From Phascolarctobacterium succinatutens (GTDB lineage: Bacteria > Bacillota > Clostridia > Christensenellales > CAG-917), in assembly GCA_963593735.1 (NCBI GenBank), contig CAVBBF010000001.1, positions 9,569-73,568 on the forward strand: a DNA stretch of 64,000 nt. Direction: 5' to 3'. The notes below the pieces were generated by a model that saw only the letters and a program-made list of their open reading frames with translations, had not been told where the DNA came from and ran no database searches. This document shows, in pieces, positions 28,255-37,315 of this stretch. Each line of letters opens with the position of its first letter. The stretch's first letter is position 1. Both the position numbers and the translations under genes were made by a program.

Positions 28255-28941
28255 ATGGATATGGTACACATAGGAAACAGTTGGGACGACATTCTCAAAG
28301 AAGATTTTGAAAGCGAAAATTATCGGAATTTGCGCAACTTTCTTGCGGCGGAATATCGCACGCGCGTGATATATCCGAATATGCACGACATTTTCAACGC
28401 GCTCAAATACACGCCGTACGAAAAGGTCAAGGTCGTGATTTTGGGACAAGACCCCTATCACGGCGCAGGACAGGCGCACGGCATGTGCTTCTCGGTGAAG
28501 CCGAACGTGCCCGCACCGCCCTCGCTCGTCAATATATTCAAGGAAATCGAAACGGACGTAGGCGTAAAGAACACGTCGCCGTATCTCGTGAACTGGGCAA
28601 AACAAGGCGTGCTTTTGCTCAACACCGTGCTTACGGTGCGCGAGGGGCAACCCAACTCGCACAGAGGACAAGGTTGGGAAGTGCTGACGGACAGCATAAT
28701 AAAGAAACTCAATGCGAGAAAAGAGCCTATCGTGTTTATGCTTTGGGGCGGAAACGCGCGCTCGAAAAAGGCGCTCATAACCAGTCCGCAACATCTGATT
28801 CTCGAGAGTCCGCACCCCTCGCCGCTGTCGGCGTACGCAGGCTTTTTCGGGTGCAGACACTTCTCAAAATGCAACGATTTTCTCAAAAAACACGGCGAAA
28901 CGCCGATAGACTGGCATACGGACCAAGAGGTGCAGATATGA
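28255..28941 (+). CDS. ung: Uracil-DNA glycosylase
   Basis: GQDPYHGAGQAHG and HPSPLSA motifs. The N-terminal 30 codons of the ORF-track ORF are unlikely to be real. ATG at 28255 or 28261; the latter is 6 nt downstream of TGgTATAAT. Confidence 0.9.
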   Translation: MDMVHIGNSWDDILKEDFESENYRNLRNFLAAEYRTRVIYPNMHDIFNALKYTPYEKVKVVILGQDPYHGAGQAHGMCFSVKPNVPAPPSLVNIFKEIETDVGVKNTSPYLVNWAKQGVLLLNTVLTVREGQPNSHRGQGWEVLTDSIIKKLNARKEPIVFMLWGGNARSKKALITSPQHLILESPHPSPLSAYAGFFGCRHFSKCNDFLKKHGETPIDWHTDQEVQI

Positions 28942-29168
28942 TTGACATTCAAAGAATAAACGAACTTGCAAAGAAATCCAAAACCGTCGGACTTACAGAC
29001 GAAGAAAAAGAGGAACAGGCAAAACTTCGCAAAGAATACGTTCAAAGCGTAGTTGGCAATCTTCGCGCGCAACTTGACAACACATATGTGCTCGACAAGG
29101 ACGAAAACAAAGTGAAACTCACCGCCTACAACAGCGCAAAAAGCAACGAGCAAGAAAAAAAGGACTGA
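28938..29168 (+). CDS. DUF896 (YnzC/UPF0291) family small protein
   Basis: ATG at 28938 overlaps the ung stop (ATGA). Translates MIDIQRINELAKKSKTVGLTDEEKEEQAKLRKEYV..., typical of this family. 76 aa. Confidence 0.75.
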   Translation: MIDIQRINELAKKSKTVGLTDEEKEEQAKLRKEYVQSVVGNLRAQLDNTYVLDKDENKVKLTAYNSAKSNEQEKKD

Positions 29169-29267
29169 AAGAAAATCTCTTTTTGTCTTGAAAAACACGC
29201 GCGTATATCATATAATATACGGGTTGCACGCAACAAACACACTTTGAAAACTTCTCAGGGAGAAACA

Positions 29268-29810
29268 ATGGACAGAATCTATACAGTTGACATCAAGGGC
29301 TTCAACGCCGACCTTCCCGTGCTTCCGCTTCCCAACGGAATCAGCATTTGTTTTTTCAACCTTCACGGCGATGCCGCAATGACGGAGCATTGCGGAAAAG
29401 AACTTGCCAAACTTCTCACGGGTTGCGACATTGTCATCACGGCGGAATCCAAAGGATTGCAACTCAGCCACGTCATCGCGCGCGAACTCGGACAGAGATA
29501 TTATGCCGTTTGCAGAAAATCCAAAAAACTCTATATGCAAGACGGCATACAAACGAGCGTGAAATCCATTACGACGGGCAACGAGCAAACGCTCTATTTG
29601 TCAAAGCACGATGCAGACCTCATCAAGGGCAAAAAGGTCGCAATCGTCGACGATGTCGTGTCCACCGGCGGTAGCCTCAAAGGACTCGAACAAATCGTCA
29701 ATCTCGCAGGCGGAATCGTCTACAAAAAGGGGTTTGTGCTTGCAGAGGGTGTCGCGGCAGATCGCGACGACATCGTGTATCTTGCAAAAATCCCCATCAT
29801 CACGGACTAA
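29268..29810 (+). CDS. Phosphoribosyltransferase (adenine/xanthine PRT-like)
   Basis: PRPP-binding loop VAIVDDVVSTGGSL. ATG at 29268 has an AGGGAGA RBS; the ORF-track start at 29244 is TTG. Confidence 0.75.
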   Translation: MDRIYTVDIKGFNADLPVLPLPNGISICFFNLHGDAAMTEHCGKELAKLLTGCDIVITAESKGLQLSHVIARELGQRYYAVCRKSKKLYMQDGIQTSVKSITTGNEQTLYLSKHDADLIKGKKVAIVDDVVSTGGSLKGLEQIVNLAGGIVYKKGFVLAEGVAADRDDIVYLAKIPIITD

Positions 29811-29834
29811 TCGGAATCAATACGAAATTCACCG

Positions 29835-29863
29835 AATCGGCATTTTATAATGCCGATTTGTGT
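29835..29863 (+). terminator. Terminator after the phosphoribosyltransferase gene
   Basis: AATCGGCATT ttat AATGCCGATT followed by TGTGTTG, a weak U tract. Confidence 0.6.
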
Positions 29864-29947
29864 TGATAAAAGCTCTTGTTTGCACATTTGCAAAAATACC
29901 GTACATAAACGCATCAACTCTTTGGACGATATAGAAAAGGAAACGTT

Positions 29948-31177
29948 ATGCTTGAACTTCTAATGCCGGCGGGCAATCTCAAAAAACTTAAAACCGCTTT
30001 CCACTTCGGCGCAGACGCCGTATATATAGGCGGAAAGGCTTTTTCGTTGCGCGCTTTTGCAGACAATTTTTCAAACGAGGAAATTGTCGATGGCGTGAAT
30101 TTTGCGCATGCGCTCGGCAAAAAAGTGTACGTCACGGCAAACATATTCGCAAGAAACGCCGACCTCGAATCTCTCAAAGAATACTTCGTTTTTTTGCAAT
30201 CCGCAAACGTTGACGCGGTGCTTATAAGCGACGTGGGTCTTGTCGCGCTGTGCAAAGAGGTTGCGCCGTCGCTGACCATTCATTTGTCCACGCAGGCAAA
30301 CACCACCAACCTGCTCGCCGTCAAATTTTGGCAAAGTATGGGCGTAAAACGAGTGGTGCTTGCACGAGAACTCGGACTTGAAGAAATAAAGCAAATTCAC
30401 GAGGCGGTGCCGGATATGGAACTCGAAGCGTTTGTGCACGGCGCAATGTGCATGTCCTACAGCGGTCGCTGTCTGTTGTCCACATACTTTTCGGGGCGCA
30501 GCGCAAACAGAGGCGCGTGCATTCAGCCGTGCAGATGGGGTTATCGCATAACCGAAACCGAACGCCACGCTTCGAAGCCGCTCGATATAGAGCAAGACGA
30601 AAGAGGAACGTATTTTATGAACAGCCGCGACTTGCGACTGCTCGAACACATCCCCTCTCTTGCCGAATGCGGAATCGTGTCGCTGAAAGTGGAAGGCAGA
30701 ATGAAAAGCGAGTTTTACGTCGCTACCGTCGCAAACGCATATCGCCACGCAATCGACGAGTATTTGCAAACGAGCAAAATCGAAAATGCGGCAAAATACA
30801 ACGCCGACCTCGAAACCGTCGCGCACCGCACCTACACCGACGCATACTTCGAGGGCGACAACCTCGACACCGTATGTCTTGACGAGGGACAATCCCCCGA
30901 AAAGTATATCTTCACCGCCGTCGTGCAGACTGCCGAAAACGGCATAGTCACGGTTGAAATGCGCAATCGCTTCAAATCTGGCGAAACCCTTTTCGTATTA
31001 TCCCCCGACCAAAACGACGGCAAATCGTTTGCTCTTGGCGCAATCACGCACGCAAAAGATAACACCCTCACCGACGACGCAAAACTCGTCCAACACTCTT
31101 ACTCGTTTGCCTGTCCGTATAACTTGAAATCGGGCGATATACTGTTGAAAGAAAATCGAGGATTAATTAATAATTAA
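29948..31177 (+). CDS. Peptidase U32 family protein
   Basis: U32 signature EAFVHGAMCMSYSGRCLLS. 409 aa. The last four codons and the stop (LINN*) are encoded by the A/T box repeat. Confidence 0.85.
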   Translation: MLELLMPAGNLKKLKTAFHFGADAVYIGGKAFSLRAFADNFSNEEIVDGVNFAHALGKKVYVTANIFARNADLESLKEYFVFLQSANVDAVLISDVGLVALCKEVAPSLTIHLSTQANTTNLLAVKFWQSMGVKRVVLARELGLEEIKQIHEAVPDMELEAFVHGAMCMSYSGRCLLSTYFSGRSANRGACIQPCRWGYRITETERHASKPLDIEQDERGTYFMNSRDLRLLEHIPSLAECGIVSLKVEGRMKSEFYVATVANAYRHAIDEYLQTSKIENAAKYNADLETVAHRTYTDAYFEGDNLDTVCLDEGQSPEKYIFTAVVQTAENGIVTVEMRNRFKSGETLFVLSPDQNDGKSFALGAITHAKDNTLTDDAKLVQHSYSFACPYNLKSGDILLKENRGLINN

Positions 31178-31217
31178 TAATGAATAATTAATAATTGGGG
31201 GCGGGACACCCGCACCC
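31162..31217 (+). repeat. A/T box plus GC hairpin, copy 2
   Basis: ATTAATTAATAATTAATAATGAATAATTAATAATT is followed by GGGGCGGG aca CCCGCACCC. The box encodes the last codons and stop of the U32 peptidase gene. Confidence 0.9.
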
Positions 31218-31389
31218 GAAACGAAAACTTGTTCGAAGGCTACTTATTAACGGAATGTACTACTTCGAAGACGAGATAAAATCCTCCGTCCGCGATTATA
31301 TCGCGGACTTTTTTAACGCTCACTCGTTCGAAGCGTTCTTATAAACAGTATCTGCCCATTCGAAGACGGAACACGAGCCGCAAGGCGGC

Positions 31390-31625
31390 ATTGCTCAAAC
31401 GGCGTTGCGGCAATGTCAATCGCCCACGCCGTCATTCAGAGCGTAGCGTGGGAATCCCCTAAACAGAAATGAAAACTTTTGGGGCGATTGACAAAAACCG
31501 AACTTGTTCTCGCAATCACTAACCGCGCAAGCCCTCTTTGCTCTCCCGAATAAAACGGACAAGAACTCAAACCGCAATTCCGTGCGAGTGCTTGCTTGGT
31601 GAGGGCGTGCTACGCACGCAAGCGG
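31390..31625 (-). repeat. M3 module, copy 2 (reverse orientation, inserted inside an LE)
   Basis: Reverse complement of the same module. It interrupts an LE right after GAGCCGCAAGGCGGC, and the LE sequence restarts at about 31629. Confidence 0.8.
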
Positions 31626-31680
31626 TTAAACGAACACTTATTCGAAGCGTTCTTATTAACGGAATGTGCCTGTTCGAAGA

Positions 31681-31949
31681 CGTAACTCGAGCCGCAGGGC
31701 GGCGAGCCTATGAGCGCCGAGCTGGACGATTTGTACGAGAATGCGTGGCATTCCGTTGCGAAGCCGCCACGCAGGCGAAGTGGCATAATAAGTGAAATGC
31801 CCCTATCTATGCGAGTGCCGTCTGTCTCCCCCGCGAACGACGACTACTTGTGTAGAGAAATGCCCCTAACTGAGTGGTGGGAGAAATACCCGAGAGGGAA
31901 AGAGGGGGCGCATCTTTTTAGAGTACACGCCGCTCGCTCTTGTAGAGCA
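31681..31949 (+). repeat. Long-element (LE) core, copy 1
   Basis: ..GAGCCGCAGGGCGGCGAGCCTATGAGCGCCGAGCTGGACGA..GTGGCATAATAAGTGAAATGCCCCTATCTATGCGAGTGCCG..CTTGTAGAG. Same subfamily as the 54792 copy in its 5' half. Confidence 0.85.
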
Positions 31950-32018
31950 AGAATAAAAAGACCTCGATAAATCGATGCATAACGCGAAAGCACCCCTTGA
32001 ATGACAACCCTAATTATT

Positions 32019-32144
32019 AAAACCGCGATATTGAGATGAAGAGCAAGGAAACGCCCTTTTGCGAACCCGCCTAGCGTACTAAATCGTACGTGACGGGTGA
32101 ACAAAAGGGCGTTGACACAGTTATTCGCTCAATAGCGCGGTTTT
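32019..32144 (+). repeat. HP repeat, copy 5
   Basis: S1 AAAACCGCGATATTGAG/CTCAATAGCGCGGTTTT, S2 ACGCCCTTTTG/CAAAAGGGCGT, apex ACCCG CCTA GCGTAC taaatc GTACGT GA CGGGT. Its end overlaps the phosphoesterase stop codon. A 5'-half variant copy lies at 31965-32016. Confidence 0.9.
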
Positions 32145-33621
32145 AATGGTTGGCGGCGTAATCGTTAGCCCCGGTAAAATCCGCATAATAATTCTTCGCA
32201 ACGCAATCGAAAGTGCTGTCCGATTTGAGAGAGATGACGGTTGTGCCGCGCTGGGATTTTTCCTTGTAAATGCCGACGTAGGCGAGATAGTCGATGGACA
32301 TACCGTAGGTGAGACGGATGGATCGAGACGCACCGGTCGGCGTGTAGTTCACTGAGAAGTTGTTGTAGTGGTCGTGTCCGCAGAATATGCCTTGCATTCC
32401 GTGCGTAAGACCCGTTTCAAAGAGCATGTCGGTGCTGCTTCCGCAGAATACGCCGTAGGTGCGAACGCCGTTTTTCTTCTTGTCGGACTCGCCCATTGTG
32501 CCGTAGAGGAATTCGGTTGTGCCGTTATCGGACGTGAGAATCGTTCCGCGAGTCAATTCGTCTTCGGATTTGCCCGACTCGATGACGTTTGCCCACGCAA
32601 GACGATATTCTTCAAGCGGAATATGGAAGAACACAAGGTTGTTGACTTCCTTGCCTTTGTTTGCGGCTTTGAGTTTGTCCATTTCGGTTGCGTACCAGTC
32701 GATTTGGCATTGATGAATATTGTCGTACTTCCACGCCATTCCGAAATAGTCGCCGTCGGTGTAACTGTGGCTGTCGAGCGTAACGAGCGCTTGGTTGATG
32801 GGATTTTCGGAGTCGCTCGGATTCTTTACGACGATGACATCGTTGCCGAAGCCTCTCGAAGTTTTGCTTATCTCGTCCTTCTCGTCGCAGAAACCTGCTC
32901 TGAAAAGACAATATTTGAAACCTGCGTTTGCATAGTAGTCGCAGATTTTGTCGCGGCCGTACAGGCTGTACATCTCGGTGTCGTGGTTGCCGAACGCAAA
33001 CGTCCAGTACACGCCGAGATTTTCCATCATATTCGCAAAGATTTTGGTTGCGTTAAGGTTGTTGAACGTACCTGCTTGGAAGGGAACGGGATACGCAATA
33101 TCGCCCGTTACGACAACGAGGTCGGGTTGAGATTGACGAATCATCGTTGCAACCGCACTCATAGCCCAGTTGTCTTTCGTGCCCGAAAACGCGCCGCCGC
33201 CGATATGTACGTCGGTGAATTGCAACACTTTGAAATCCCTGTCCTCTTCTTTTTCAAACGTCCAGTGTCCGAGTTCGTTGTCGAAAGTCGGAACAAGTTG
33301 CGTATGCTCGGTGTATTCCACCTTTTCAAAACTCGAAGCAAGCGAAAGGTGCGCATTTGTATTGACGGTCGAGGCAATGGCGCAACCGCTGAAAAAGATG
33401 ACGATTGCAAGCACCACGCACCCCGTGATAATCAAGGCTTTTGCGGTTTTTCTTTTCTTTTGTTCGGGTGTGAGTTGTTTTTTCTCTTTTTTGCCCTTCT
33501 TTGCCTTTTTGCCGTCGAAGTCGTTGAGTATACCCTCGTTTTCGACGTTTTCTTCAAGACCGTTTACGCCTTGTTGCGATTCCTCTTGCGGAATATCCGC
33601 ATTTTTGATTTCGTCGCTCAT
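32143..33621 (-). CDS. Membrane-anchored metallophosphoesterase
   Basis: Calcineurin-like blocks QFTDVHIG, VVTGDIAYP, FGNHD, FFHIP, CGHDH. N-terminal TM follows a Lys-rich segment. Confidence 0.8.
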   Translation of the reverse strand: MSDEIKNADIPQEESQQGVNGLEENVENEGILNDFDGKKAKKGKKEKKQLTPEQKKRKTAKALIITGCVVLAIVIFFSGCAIASTVNTNAHLSLASSFEKVEYTEHTQLVPTFDNELGHWTFEKEEDRDFKVLQFTDVHIGGGAFSGTKDNWAMSAVATMIRQSQPDLVVVTGDIAYPVPFQAGTFNNLNATKIFANMMENLGVYWTFAFGNHDTEMYSLYGRDKICDYYANAGFKYCLFRAGFCDEKDEISKTSRGFGNDVIVVKNPSDSENPINQALVTLDSHSYTDGDYFGMAWKYDNIHQCQIDWYATEMDKLKAANKGKEVNNLVFFHIPLEEYRLAWANVIESGKSEDELTRGTILTSDNGTTEFLYGTMGESDKKKNGVRTYGVFCGSSTDMLFETGLTHGMQGIFCGHDHYNNFSVNYTPTGASRSIRLTYGMSIDYLAYVGIYKEKSQRGTTVISLKSDSTFDCVAKNYYADFTGANDYAANH

Positions 33622-33660
33622 AAATCCCTCCTTGTTGCCACACTATATAGATATTATATA

Positions 33661-34914
33661 CTATTTTTCGTTATTTTCAATAGAAGAATATTCGGATTCG
33701 CCCTCGTTTTCGGTTGAGTTTCCGCCCTCACCGTTCGTATTTTTGTTTTGATTCTCGGCTTGGTTGTTGTTTTTTCCCTCGTTATTTACCGATGCGTCGA
33801 CAAATGTAACGCTTGCGTTGGTTTTTTCCTTAACCTCTGCGCTCATAGCCTCAAAGTCCGAGTTCTTGCTTGCTTTGACAAATGCGTTGCCCACTTTCGC
33901 GCCGTAGCCGTAATCGTGAAGTTCGGTTTTGACGAGGGTTGCGTTTTGAGATTTGCACGCGTCCTCGATTGCCGCAATCTCGACTTTTGCACCGTCGCCC
34001 AAAACAATCGCGCGCACGTTTTCAACAACCATCTTTATGCCGACGGCGACAATCACTATGCTCATCACGATGCCGACGATTGCGTCAACCGCATAGTCAA
34101 CTCTTGCAGTCACCGCAAACGCGACGAGACTTGTTGCGGTGATGCCCATATCGAGAAAACTATCGAGCATAAGCGCGCGCACCGCTTGCGAGCAAATCTT
34201 TTTGTTTGCAAACATATACGCAAGGCCTATGCCGAGTTTTATGGGCAGACATGCGCTGATAAGCACGATGCTCTGCCAGCCGTAATAGACGGGTTCGGGC
34301 ATTGCCATGCGATTGAGCGAGCGCACAAAAAACAGTCCGCCCATAACCACCGAAACGACCGCGACGATAAAGCCTGCGAGATATTCCCCTCTGCCATAGC
34401 CGTACGGCGCGTTTTCGCCTCTCGGCAAAAGAAGTACGATAAACACGATGAGCGTGACGATGCAAGTGAGCGTATCGAGAAAACTGTTCATTGCGTCGAG
34501 CATAATGCAAAGGCTGTTAGAGGCAAGCCCTACATACATCTTTATCGCAGCAAGCGCAATGTTGACGACAATGCCGACGGCAACCAAAAGGATGGATTTT
34601 TTTATTCTGTCCCTCATTTTTCGCCCTCGCCTTTTGCCGCATTTTGCTTGTTTTTTTTTGCCGTGACGAAGTTTCTTTTGCGCGGTGTTTTTGACCGTTT
34701 TATTTTCAGTGTTTTTTGCACAATCGGACGTTTTTGTCCACGTTTCCTTTGTATAAACGTGCTTTTCGAGTCGTTTGACGTCTGCTTTGTGTCTCGTGTA
34801 GAGCATAAGCGACAAAACGATTACGACCACGCAAAGCATACCCGTAAGCGCAAGCAAAAACGCAAAGAGGAAGTTTGAAAGATTGAACGTTGCGCACATC
34901 AAATCGTATGTCAT
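33661..34914 (-). CDS. Cation diffusion facilitator family transporter with an N-terminal TM/basic extension
   Basis: CDF core begins at MRDRIKKSILLVAVGIVVNIALAAIKMYVG. ATG at 34914 overlaps the TGA of the upstream gene (ATGA), adding a ~100 aa extension. A start at the internal MRDRIKK is the alternative. Confidence 0.75.
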   Translation of the reverse strand: MTYDLMCATFNLSNFLFAFLLALTGMLCVVVIVLSLMLYTRHKADVKRLEKHVYTKETWTKTSDCAKNTENKTVKNTAQKKLRHGKKKQAKCGKRRGRKMRDRIKKSILLVAVGIVVNIALAAIKMYVGLASNSLCIMLDAMNSFLDTLTCIVTLIVFIVLLLPRGENAPYGYGRGEYLAGFIVAVVSVVMGGLFFVRSLNRMAMPEPVYYGWQSIVLISACLPIKLGIGLAYMFANKKICSQAVRALMLDSFLDMGITATSLVAFAVTARVDYAVDAIVGIVMSIVIVAVGIKMVVENVRAIVLGDGAKVEIAAIEDACKSQNATLVKTELHDYGYGAKVGNAFVKASKNSDFEAMSAEVKEKTNASVTFVDASVNNEGKNNNQAENQNKNTNGEGGNSTENEGESEYSSIENNEK

Positions 34915-36626
34915 ACCAAATACCTCTTTTGCTTTTTCCATGCCACGCAAAGCGCGACGACGGCGATTGTAAGCACGCCGCAAATTGCCGTGAGCGAGAT
35001 ATTTGCAGGCGTAAATGTCTTTGTCGCAACGTCGCCCTCTATGAAGCAAATCACGTTGTATTGCTTTGACAACACCACGCCGTTTTCGTTTATGTCAAAA
35101 AGTTCGTCCTTGCCGTAAACCGCAAAATATCCTACGTTTTCGGGCGCATTCTCCCATGTTACCGAAAAGGCTTCTTCGGGGGTAACGTCGTTGCCGTCGC
35201 CGTCAACAAACACGAATTTGTATGCGGCGCACACGGGTTTGTCATACTTGTTTTCCACCTCGATTCTGCTCGCCGTGACGATTACATCCATAAGTCCGCT
35301 TCCGAAAAACACATAGAAAACCTGTCCGTCGTCGGCGACCACTTCCACTTGCTTTGCATAGACAAAGTATCTGCCGTAGTTTGCAAACTGACTTTCGTAA
35401 CTGTGGCAATCGGGCGTGTAGTTCGGGTTTGAAAACACAATATACGAGCGATACATCATGCTCGGCACATCCTTGTCTGCGTTGTACTCGAAACTCACGC
35501 CGAGATTATCTTCGGTGTCGCCGCCCACAAGTGCGGATACGATTTGAAATTTGGGGACGGAAAACTCCTCGCCGGCAAGCGAATATGCGTCGCGTATGCG
35601 AACGTAAAGCGTGCGCGCGCTTATGTCGATTTGCACCGCGATTTTTTCGAGAGGCACATAGTTGTCTGTGTCGGGAACAAAATCAAAATACACGGTATGT
35701 CCGCCGTCTTTTACGCCCAAATATGTTGAACTCGGATCGGCAACGCTTGTCAATTCGTCATCCGACTGCTCCGCGCTCGGCACGAATTTGCCCTGTACTT
35801 TCTCGTCGCAAAAATCCGTCGATTCGAGCGAGTTTGCAATATATGACAAACTTGCGCCGTACACAAAACTCTTTTTCGGTTGTTTTTGCACAGAAAGTTC
35901 CGCTTTTTCTATGGTGCAGGCAAACGTCTGCGAGTATCTTACGGACTCGTACTCAAACGGCACGAGTTGCTCGTTGACCTCGTATCTTATTCTCTCGGTT
36001 GCCACGAGGCGCACTTGGTATTCGCCTGCGTCAACGCCCCTGCCGAACAAATAGCCGCCGGCAGTGTAATCCGCAGATGCTCTTTGCCACTCGCCGTCCT
36101 CTTTTTTATACTCGAAGACAATGCGCGGCGAGGCTATTATCTGCAAGACCCTTGCGCCGAAAAATACGCCTTGCGAGCCGTATTTTGCCGTGTTTTGATC
36201 GACCGAAGAAACTATGTCGGGAAGTTTGAAGGATATATCGCAATAGTTTGCAATGATAAAATCGTCCGTATCGGGAACTTCCACATCCGAATCGCGCAGC
36301 CATGTTTTTATTGCCTCATACATTTTGAGCGCAACGCAATTGCGATTGTTTGCCTCTATAAAGGGACCGCTACACTCTGCGCCGTCAACGTTTTGCCCGT
36401 TCAAAGACAACGTCCAGTTTTCGCCGTCGGCGGTTGCGATAACAAACGACGGCAATGCGGCTGCATTTTCGCCCGCGTCATGCCCGTCAGCGGCATCCGC
36501 AACAAAATCGGCTTCTGCCGCTACAAAAACATCGCGCGGATACAATTCGAGCAACGCACAAACCGCCGTGCCAAGCACGACGAGCAAGCAACATATAAGC
36601 ACGATTGCCATCTTCTTTGCGGACAT
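34911..36626 (-). CDS. Hypothetical membrane-anchored protein (about 571 aa)
   Basis: N-terminal TM MAIVLICCLLVVLGTAVCALL and C-terminal TM GVLTIAVVALCVAW flank a large middle domain. ATG at 36626 has an AGAGGG RBS; the ORF-track start at 36653 is TTG. No family recognised. Confidence 0.65.
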   Translation of the reverse strand: MSAKKMAIVLICCLLVVLGTAVCALLELYPRDVFVAAEADFVADAADGHDAGENAAALPSFVIATADGENWTLSLNGQNVDGAECSGPFIEANNRNCVALKMYEAIKTWLRDSDVEVPDTDDFIIANYCDISFKLPDIVSSVDQNTAKYGSQGVFFGARVLQIIASPRIVFEYKKEDGEWQRASADYTAGGYLFGRGVDAGEYQVRLVATERIRYEVNEQLVPFEYESVRYSQTFACTIEKAELSVQKQPKKSFVYGASLSYIANSLESTDFCDEKVQGKFVPSAEQSDDELTSVADPSSTYLGVKDGGHTVYFDFVPDTDNYVPLEKIAVQIDISARTLYVRIRDAYSLAGEEFSVPKFQIVSALVGGDTEDNLGVSFEYNADKDVPSMMYRSYIVFSNPNYTPDCHSYESQFANYGRYFVYAKQVEVVADDGQVFYVFFGSGLMDVIVTASRIEVENKYDKPVCAAYKFVFVDGDGNDVTPEEAFSVTWENAPENVGYFAVYGKDELFDINENGVVLSKQYNVICFIEGDVATKTFTPANISLTAICGVLTIAVVALCVAWKKQKRYLV

Positions 36627-36648
36627 ACACCCTCTTCGTATTTGCCGT

Positions 36649-36733
36649 CTCAAATTCGATTATCTGTCTATCAAGTTTGGGGTTCGGCTTCTCAAATTCG
36701 ATATCTATCAATCAAATTTGATTATCTATCGAC
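36649..36733. promoter_or_regulatory. Three ~22 bp direct repeats between promoter and start codon
   Basis: CTCAAATTCGATTATCTGTCTATCAA (36649-36674), CTCAAATTCGATATCTATCAAT (36691-36712), CAAATTTGATTATCTATCGAC (36713-36733). Confidence 0.5.
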
Positions 36734-36742
36734 TCAACCTCG

Positions 36743-36771
36743 ATTGTACCACGAAAATACCCTTTTCGCAA
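36743..36771 (-). promoter_or_regulatory. Putative promoter of the 571 aa membrane protein / CDF operon
   Basis: On the minus strand: TTGCGA (36771-36766), 17 nt, TGgTACAAT (-10 at 36748-36743). Confidence 0.6.
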
Positions 36772-36846
36772 TATGCGCGCGTTATTATGTTATATTTAAT
36801 ATACATAATAGGATAAGGTTTTATTTGATAAATAAGTAAATTTTTG

Positions 36847-36878
36847 AATTAATAATTAATAATGAATAATTAATAATT
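36847..36878 (+). repeat. A/T box, copy 3 (no GC hairpin)
   Basis: AATTAATAATTAATAATGAATAATTAATAATT is followed by GCGCCGAATGCAAAAC rather than the hairpin. Confidence 0.85.
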
Positions 36879-36916
36879 GCGCCGAATGCAAAACACAGAA
36901 AAACAATTAAATAAAA

Positions 36917-37150
36917 CTTCCCCCTTCCTCACGTGTTTCCCCTACCGCCGTTCCCCCTCTGCATAAATTTGAGGGAACCCACGACGTCCGCTCCGCGTGG
37001 GGCAACACTCGGCACTCGCATAGATAGGGACATTTCTTTACTTGTGCCACTGCGCTTTGTGCGCCAGCTTCGCACCCAAACGGCGCAGTCGCTTGTACTA
37101 TCCGTCAAGCTCGGCGCTCCCTTTTCTCGCCGCCTTGCGGCTCGTGTTCC
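36917..37150 (-). repeat. LE core, copy 2 (reverse orientation)
   Basis: The reverse complement reads GGAACACGAGCCGCAAGGCGGCGAG..GAGCGCCGAGCTTGACGGATAGTACAAGCGACTGCGCC..GCGCAGTGGCAC..CCCTATCTATGCGAGTGCCG.. . Its distal part matches the 61050 copy. Confidence 0.8.
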
Positions 37151-37189
37151 GTCTGTGAATTAGCACATTCCGTTACAAAATACTAATAT

Positions 37190-37315
37190 AAAACCGCGAT
37201 ATTTGGATGAAGAATGCGAAAGGCACGGCTTGAATCAAAACCCAGTGTACATAGGCGTACACGATTTTGAGACAAGCCGTGCCTGACAAAATTATTCGCC
37301 AAATAGCGCGGTTTT
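37190..37315 (+). repeat. HP repeat, copy 6
   Basis: S1 AAAACCGCGATATTTGG/CCAAATAGCGCGGTTTT, S2 AGGCACGGCTTG/CAAGCCGTGCCT (12 bp perfect), apex CAAAA CCCA GTGTAC ataggc GTACAC GA TTTTG. Its end overlaps the SDR stop codon. Confidence 0.9.

Noticed and set aside
31710-31970. ORF-track ORFs inside LE cores starting MSAELD... (31710-31970, 47178-47468), which look like a repeated small gene.
   Set aside because: The reading frame is not conserved between copies. The copy at 57036-57352 reads MSAELDE then a stop. The copy at 36917-37150 lacks the ATG and also has a stop. The downstream peptide sequences diverge completely between subfamilies, and no RBS is present. They are treated as non-coding repeat sequence.
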